A DNA stretch of 64,000 nucleotides from Planctomycetota bacterium. GTDB taxonomy: Bacteria > Planctomycetota > UBA1135 > UBA2386. Location of the stretch: the NCBI GenBank assembly GCA_965223545.1, contig OZ245006.1, forward strand, positions 992,001 to 1,056,000, written 5' to 3'. How positions within the stretch are numbered: position 1 is the first letter of the stretch; each line of letters opens with the position of its first letter. Below are positions 58,733-64,000 of the stretch, piece after piece. The notes beneath the pieces are model-generated. The model was not told the DNA's origin. It was given only the letters and a program-made list of their open reading frames with translations, and did not search any database. Made by a program: the position numbers and the translations under genes.

Positions 58733-59485
58733 GTGAAGCCAGCAGCACGCAAGCTGATGATGGGCGGCCTCGTCGCAGCATTCGCCACGCAGACCACGCT
58801 GGTCTACACCGACGACACCGCCGACCGCACTCCCCGCCTCAGCGCCGAGGCGATGGTCGGCCGCGCTGTGTGGCACCGCGAGAACTGCCAGACTTGCCAC
58901 CAGATCTACGGCTTCGGCGGCTTTCTCGGACCCGACCTGACCAACGCCGCATCGCGACTGCCGCGCACCCGGATCGACGCCATGCTGACCGAGGGGTCCG
59001 GCCAGATGCCGGCGTTCCACCTCGAGCAGGCCGAGATCGAAGCGGTCTGGGCGTTCTTGCAGGCGATCGACGCCACCGGTGTCGGGCAGGCCCGCAACAC
59101 GCCGAAGCTCGACCGGACCGACGTCCAGCGCGCCATCGACGCGACGGTTCTGCAGCACCCGATGGATGCCGAGGCCAAGTCCGGGCGCATCCTGTTCGAG
59201 AACCTGTGTACCACCTGCCACTGCCCGTTGCAGGCGACCCCCAGCGGGGCGTTCTTGGCGCCGGATCTGAGCGACGTGACGCACCGGTTGTCGCGCGAGG
59301 AGTTGGTCGAGGTGCTCATCAACGGGCGCCCCGACCGCGGCATGCAGCCGACCGCCCTGTCGGAGAAGCACCGCGACGCGGTGATCGCATTCTTCACTTG
59401 GATGGCGGAGCACCGCGGTGCTCTGTGCCAGGCCGCCGGCGTGTCATCGGACCAGCAGTCGATCCCCTGGTGGGAATACCGCTGA
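58733..59485 (+). CDS. Membrane-anchored diheme c-type cytochrome (NorC-like first domain)
   Basis: N-terminal TM helix; CQTCHQIYGFGGFLGPDLT...MP and a second CTTCH...APDLS...GMQP. Confidence 0.85.
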   Translation: MKPAARKLMMGGLVAAFATQTTLVYTDDTADRTPRLSAEAMVGRAVWHRENCQTCHQIYGFGGFLGPDLTNAASRLPRTRIDAMLTEGSGQMPAFHLEQAEIEAVWAFLQAIDATGVGQARNTPKLDRTDVQRAIDATVLQHPMDAEAKSGRILFENLCTTCHCPLQATPSGAFLAPDLSDVTHRLSREELVEVLINGRPDRGMQPTALSEKHRDAVIAFFTWMAEHRGALCQAAGVSSDQQSIPWWEYR

Positions 59486-59528
59486 CCCGCGCCACCTCGC
59501 TCCGCTGGCGCACACCCGAAACCCTCTG

Positions 59529-60968
59529 ATGTCCGCAACCCCTACCCCCCAAACCGAGACGATCGACGCGGCCGCGACCGCGCGCGCTGATCGACTGGTC
59601 GCAGTGCAGCTGCGCATGGCGCTCGCCTGCATCGTGATCGCGGTCCTCGGCGGCGTCGTCGGCGCCCTGCACTACATCCCGTCGCTGTCGCCGGCACTGC
59701 ACGAGGCCGGCTTCGGCCTGACCAAGCTGCGCCCGCTGCACACCACGTTTGCCACGCTGTGGATCTACGGCGGGGCGATCGCCGTGATCTACCACTACCT
59801 GGGCAACCTCGGTCCCGGGTTGAGCACCGGCGACGCGCGGCGCTTCTGGCTGCACACGGCGTGCTGGATCACCGCCGGGATCGGCGTCATCGTCACGCTC
59901 GCGCTCGACATCTACAGCGGCCGCGAGTACCTCGGCTTCCACCCGGCGGTCTCGGCCGTGCTGCTCTTCGGCTGGCTGCTGTTCGCCTACAACTTCCTGC
60001 GCCGCGCCTGCCGCGACTTCTGGCGCCAACCGGTCTACATCTACTTCTGGACCGTCGGCATCCTGTACTTCGTCTACACCTTCGTCGAAGGCCACGCCTA
60101 CCTGCTGCCGTTCGTGCAGGAGCAGCCGGTCTACGACATCGCCTTGCACTGGAAGGCGTGCGGGACGCTGGTCGGCTCGTTCAACTTCCTGGTCTACGGC
60201 GCGCTGGTGTACGTGTCGGAGAAGCTCAGCGGAGACAAGCGCTACGGACAATCCTCGCTGGCGTTCGCCCTGTTCGGCGTCGGCTGCTTGAACTCGTTCA
60301 CCAACTTCGCGCACCACACCTACCACCTGCCGCAGGACGAGCTGGTCAAGTGGATCGCATTCATCGTCAGCATGACCGAGATCGTCATCCTGGCGCGACT
60401 GCTGTTCGACGTCGCCAACATGGTGCGCAAGCGCAGCGGGGAGAAGCCCTGCTACAACGCCGCTGCGGGCTACCTGGTGTCGGCCAAGTGGTGGACGACG
60501 GTGATGCTGACCCTCTCGATCCTCATCTCGGTGCCGTCGTTCAACAGCCTGATGCACGGCACCCACATGGTCACCGGCCACGCGATGGGCACCGAGCTCG
60601 GCATCGACACCATGGTGCTGTTCGGCGCCGTCTCGTTCCTGTTGTGCGAGATCTACAGCCACGCGCCGCGCGCTGTGTCCCACGTGGACGCTCCCCACAT
60701 GCGGGCGCACACCGCCCTGCTCAACGTCGCCATGGCGGTCTTGGTCGGCTGGCTGAGCCTGTCCGGCTTGGTGCACGGCATCTATCGCTACTACCAGGAG
60801 CCCTCGCCGGACTGGATCGGCTGGGGCACGTACTTGTTCCCGGTGACCGGCTCGGTGCTGGCGATTTGCCTGCTCTACCTCGTTTGGCGGTGGGCGCCGA
60901 TGTTGCTGCCGAGCGCCGGTGCCGCGCCCGCGGGCCGCACCGACACGTCGGGCGAACCGGCGATCTGA
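59529..60968 (+). CDS. Divergent heme-copper oxidase superfamily subunit I (NorB/CcoN-related)
   Basis: About 12 TM helices; KLRPLHT, GREY, NFAHHTYH and HGTHMVTGHAMG; follows the cytochrome c gene. Confidence 0.85.
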   Translation: MSATPTPQTETIDAAATARADRLVAVQLRMALACIVIAVLGGVVGALHYIPSLSPALHEAGFGLTKLRPLHTTFATLWIYGGAIAVIYHYLGNLGPGLSTGDARRFWLHTACWITAGIGVIVTLALDIYSGREYLGFHPAVSAVLLFGWLLFAYNFLRRACRDFWRQPVYIYFWTVGILYFVYTFVEGHAYLLPFVQEQPVYDIALHWKACGTLVGSFNFLVYGALVYVSEKLSGDKRYGQSSLAFALFGVGCLNSFTNFAHHTYHLPQDELVKWIAFIVSMTEIVILARLLFDVANMVRKRSGEKPCYNAAAGYLVSAKWWTTVMLTLSILISVPSFNSLMHGTHMVTGHAMGTELGIDTMVLFGAVSFLLCEIYSHAPRAVSHVDAPHMRAHTALLNVAMAVLVGWLSLSGLVHGIYRYYQEPSPDWIGWGTYLFPVTGSVLAICLLYLVWRWAPMLLPSAGAAPAGRTDTSGEPAI

Positions 60969-61257
60969 CCGCGGCCACGAGGCGGAGCGAGCGCACGCCC
61001 GCGACAGCGACCAGCCCACCGACCGCGAGAATCTCTCGCGCTCTCCGGACCCGTCGCCGAACAAGGGTTTTTGCGCCGTATCGGCGCCAGGCAGTATCCT
61101 GGCAAACACCGATCGTGGTCCCAACCATTCGCAGCCGACCCCGTCGTAGCTCGGCTCCGCCCGCGCACCGAGCCCAAAGGCCCGCGTTCTCGCGGCCGCC
61201 GGCCGCGCTTCGACCCGGGCGCCGGCGCCACCACCATCCGAGAGAGGTGGGCGCGGC

Positions 61258-62358
61258 ATGATCGGCCCCAACCCCCTCGAGTCCCGCCATCTGCTCCAGC
61301 TCGTCCTGGACAGCGTCGGCGAGGGCATCGTGGTGGCCGACCGCGCCGGCAAGTTCCTGCTCTGGAACCCACCCGCCCGACACCTGATTCCGGCCGGTCC
61401 GTCCGACGTCCCACCGGAAGAGTGGTCTCGGTTCTATTCGCTCCTGGACCCGGAGACGCGCGAACAGATCGCCACCGAGCAGCTGCCGCTCGTGCGCGCG
61501 CTGCACGGAGAGTCGGTCGACGACTTCGAGATGATCACGGTGGACCACACCGACCACAGCGAGCGCCGCATCAGCGTCACCGCGCGGCCCATGTTCGGCG
61601 AGGACGGCGAGCTGTGCGGCGCGGTCGCGGTGTTCCGCGACGTCGGCGACCGGCACCGGCTGCTCGAGCAGCTGCACCGCTCCAATGATGCACTGCGCGC
61701 CTACGCGCAGTCGGTGTCGCACGACCTCAAGTCGCCGCTGACCGCGATCACCGGCTTTGCCGAAGCGCTGCGGGAAGACTGCCAGGCGATCCTGCCGCAC
61801 GCGGCACGCGGCCACCTCAAGGAGATCGAGAACGCGGCCACGCGCATGGCGCGCTTGATCGACGACCTGCTGGAGCACGCCCGCCTCGGCGACGGCTGGG
61901 ACGGCATGGTCGACGTCGATCTCGACCCGTTGTTGGACAACGTGCTGCACAATCTGGCGGCCGACCTGCAGGGCCGCGACGCCGCGGTGGCGGTCGAGCG
62001 GCCGTTGGGCACGGTGGTCGGCCACGCGATCGGACTGCAGCAACTGCTGCAGAACCTGCTGTCCAACGCGGTCAAGTTCGTCCCGCCCGACCGACAACCC
62101 CAACTGCACGTGGCGTCTATCGCCGACGACAGCTGGTTCGAGCTGCAGGTGCGCGACAACGGCGTCGGCATCGATCCGAAGTACCACCAGCACGTCTTCG
62201 ACCTGTTCCGGCGCCTGCACCCCAATCGCGAATGGCAGGGCACCGGCATCGGCCTCGCGTTGGTCAAGAAGACGGTCGAGCTGCACGGCGGCGAAGTGCT
62301 GATCGACAGCGAGCTGGGCCGGGGCAGCACCTTTCGGGTGCGCCTACCGCGGCGCTGA
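61258..62358 (+). CDS. Cytoplasmic PAS-domain sensor histidine kinase
   Basis: PAS segment EGIVVAD...WNP...[33 protein letters not shown] and GTGIGLA. Confidence 0.9.
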   Translation: MIGPNPLESRHLLQLVLDSVGEGIVVADRAGKFLLWNPPARHLIPAGPSDVPPEEWSRFYSLLDPETREQIATEQLPLVRALHGESVDDFEMITVDHTDHSERRISVTARPMFGEDGELCGAVAVFRDVGDRHRLLEQLHRSNDALRAYAQSVSHDLKSPLTAITGFAEALREDCQAILPHAARGHLKEIENAATRMARLIDDLLEHARLGDGWDGMVDVDLDPLLDNVLHNLAADLQGRDAAVAVERPLGTVVGHAIGLQQLLQNLLSNAVKFVPPDRQPQLHVASIADDSWFELQVRDNGVGIDPKYHQHVFDLFRRLHPNREWQGTGIGLALVKKTVELHGGEVLIDSELGRGSTFRVRLPRR

Positions 62359-63561
62359 TCCCGACCTCTTGCTCGGCGGCGCCGCCAGCCACTGCGCGAG
62401 GCGCGCGGCCGCACAGCCCTCGTCCTCGATCACGCCCGCCGCCGCGGCGAGACGCGCGACGCGCAGGTAGTGCGCGGGGTCTCGCTGCCGCTCGAGCTGT
62501 CCCGCGAGCAGGGCGTTGTCCTGCCAACCCGCCAACCAAGCGGTGAAGGCAAGACCCGCCTTGTAGGCAGCGACCGGCACCTCGAACACCGCCCGGCCAA
62601 ACGACTCCACCGGTCCCATCCACGCCTCGTAGCCGGCCCGATCGCCGCGCGCCAGGCAGGCGAGTGCGGCACCGGCCGGGGCAAAGGTCGCATCGAACAC
62701 GCCGAGCAACGCGTGGCTGAAGTCGCCCAGCGCGATGCGCCGGCCGCCGCGCTCCACAAATCCGGCAGGCGCCTGCGGTGCTGCCGCATCGCCGGCAATC
62801 AGCTGCGCGAAGTGCCAGTCGTCACCGGTCAGCACGATCTGCTCGTCGCGCAGCAACCGGCGCCGCAGACGGCGCTCGCGCGAGGGGTCCAACAGCGAGA
62901 GCTTGGCGCCCGCCACCCGCGACGGATCCGACGCCATGACCCGTTCGAAGCTGTCAGCCGGGAAGTAGCCGGCGAGCGCCGGCGCGAACGCCTCCCCGAG
63001 CCAGTGGACGAAGACCGGGCCGTCGAGCTGTCCCGCGATCGCCCCGTAGACCTCGACGTAGGTCGCCGGGGAAGCGGACCGCGCCGCCAACGCCGGCAGC
63101 GGCAACAGAATGACCTCGCCGCCGACCGCGCGGATGTGGGCCGCCTGCGCGACCACGGCGTCGATGTGCGCGGCCCACGGCGCGTCGAGCGGCACGCCGT
63201 CGGCGCCGGCTCCGGCGATGAAGCCGTGCGGCAGCCGCTGGGCGGCGCAGGCATCGATCAGCGCCCGCGCCACTTCCGGCCCCAGCTCGAACCGCTGCGC
63301 GGTGTCCATCGCCTCGGCCACCGCGAAGCCGTGCTCCGCCAGCCGCCGCCGGTGCGCCGCCGTCGCCTGCCAATCGATGTGCTCACCGGCACGACGCGCA
63401 GGCGCGGACGCCACCCCGGCGTCGAAGGCGACGTGCGCGGCCGCGTATGCGAGCCGCACCGGTGGCGCTCCCGCCCCATCACCAGGGCGGCGCGGCGGTG
63501 CGAACGAGCGCGCGTCGAAGGTGATGGGCTCCTCGCCCGGCACTGGCACTCGTACCGCCAC
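62344..63561 (-). CDS. DUF993 family (dihydrodipicolinate-synthase-like) protein
   Basis: AYAAAHV, IDWQAT, VAEAMDTAQR, HWLG, KLSLLD, TGDD, SHALLGVFD and YKAG. Confidence 0.8.
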   Translation of the reverse strand: MAVRVPVPGEEPITFDARSFAPPRRPGDGAGAPPVRLAYAAAHVAFDAGVASAPARRAGEHIDWQATAAHRRRLAEHGFAVAEAMDTAQRFELGPEVARALIDACAAQRLPHGFIAGAGADGVPLDAPWAAHIDAVVAQAAHIRAVGGEVILLPLPALAARSASPATYVEVYGAIAGQLDGPVFVHWLGEAFAPALAGYFPADSFERVMASDPSRVAGAKLSLLDPSRERRLRRRLLRDEQIVLTGDDWHFAQLIAGDAAAPQAPAGFVERGGRRIALGDFSHALLGVFDATFAPAGAALACLARGDRAGYEAWMGPVESFGRAVFEVPVAAYKAGLAFTAWLAGWQDNALLAGQLERQRDPAHYLRVARLAAAAGVIEDEGCAAARLAQWLAAPPSKRSGSAPR

Positions 63562-63567
63562 CGCCGC

Positions 63568-64000
63568 TCAGCTGGACCGTGGCGGCACGCCGACGGCGCC
63601 GAGCACGTCGGGCGCGTCGTTGTGCGAGTGCGTGAAGCCGCGGCGGCGCTCCTCGGCCACCGCCGACGCCGCGCGGAAGGCGACCACGTAGCCGCGCCGC
63701 CAGCCGTCGCTGTGATTGCCGCCCGAGCCGTGCAGCACGCGCTCGTGGTGCACGGTGACGTCGCCGCGGCGGATCGGCACCGGCCGCACGACGTCGACGT
63801 CCGCATCGACCTCGGCGACCAGAGCATGCGAGCGCTGCCGGTCGCCACACACAGGGCGATGCCGGCGCAACCGCGGCTCGCGATGCGATCCCGGCACGAA
63901 GCGCAGACAGCCGTTCGCCTCGGTAGTGTCGTCGAGCGCCAACCAGGCGGTCGCAGTCCGCGTATCGTCGCCGACGATCCAGTACGCCAGATCCTGGTGC
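63568..64000 (-). CDS. Phytanoyl-CoA dioxygenase (PhyH) family Fe(II)/2OG oxygenase, 5'-truncated by the window edge
   Basis: Reading from the window end: HQDLAYW...AWLALDD...NGCLRFVPGSH...HHERVLHGSGGN...RR. Confidence 0.85.
   Translation of the reverse strand, partial: HQDLAYWIVGDDTRTATAWLALDDTTEANGCLRFVPGSHREPRLRRHRPVCGDRQRSHALVAEVDADVDVVRPVPIRRGDVTVHHERVLHGSGGNHSDGWRRGYVVAFRAASAVAEERRRGFTHSHNDAPDVLGAVGVPPRSS

Noticed and set aside
61089..61104. AGGCAGTATCCTGGCA, GG-N10-GC spacing upstream of the PAS kinase
   Set aside because: Poor match to TGGCACG/TTGC and no clear enhancer repeats; could be chance in GC-rich DNA.

Overview
Very GC-rich bacterial chromosomal segment with about 47 CDS. 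No rRNA, tRNA or CRISPR array was seen. The gene repertoire (lpxI, many signal-peptide FG-GAP/kelch proteins, membrane-anchored carboxypeptidase-regulatory-domain proteins, an ECF sigma/anti-sigma pair) suggests an uncultured Planctomycetota-like organism; this is inference only. Recognisable genes are argJ, menB, lpxI, boxB/boxC/boxR (aerobic benzoyl-CoA epoxidation, with no boxA), ETF-quinone oxidoreductase, a stand-alone NuoF-like flavoprotein, an ABC exporter, two-component and GGDEF signalling proteins, and one complete IS110 element. Most interesting observations: (1) a full sigma54 promoter architecture (three palindromic enhancer-like sites, an AT-richer IHF-like tract, a -24/-12 box) between convergent genes, driving a structured ~200-nt putative small RNA with a terminator (2186-2549); (2) a heme-copper-oxidase-superfamily subunit I plus a diheme cytochrome c with a rewired active site (helix VI His to Gly, helix X His to Met, no Tyr cross-link, no NOR glutamates); (3) an IS110 element whose non-coding leader has short matches to both of its own junctions (bridge-RNA-like) and which sits in a palindromic target; (4) a ~110-aa C-terminal module shared by six otherwise mostly unrelated secreted proteins, a candidate lineage-specific sorting or anchoring signal; (5) a BoxA-less box operon that carries a NuoE-like [2Fe-2S] ferredoxin instead; (6) many genes with a TAnnnT -10 box 6-7 nt before the start codon, suggesting leaderless transcription. 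All motif comparisons were made by eye.
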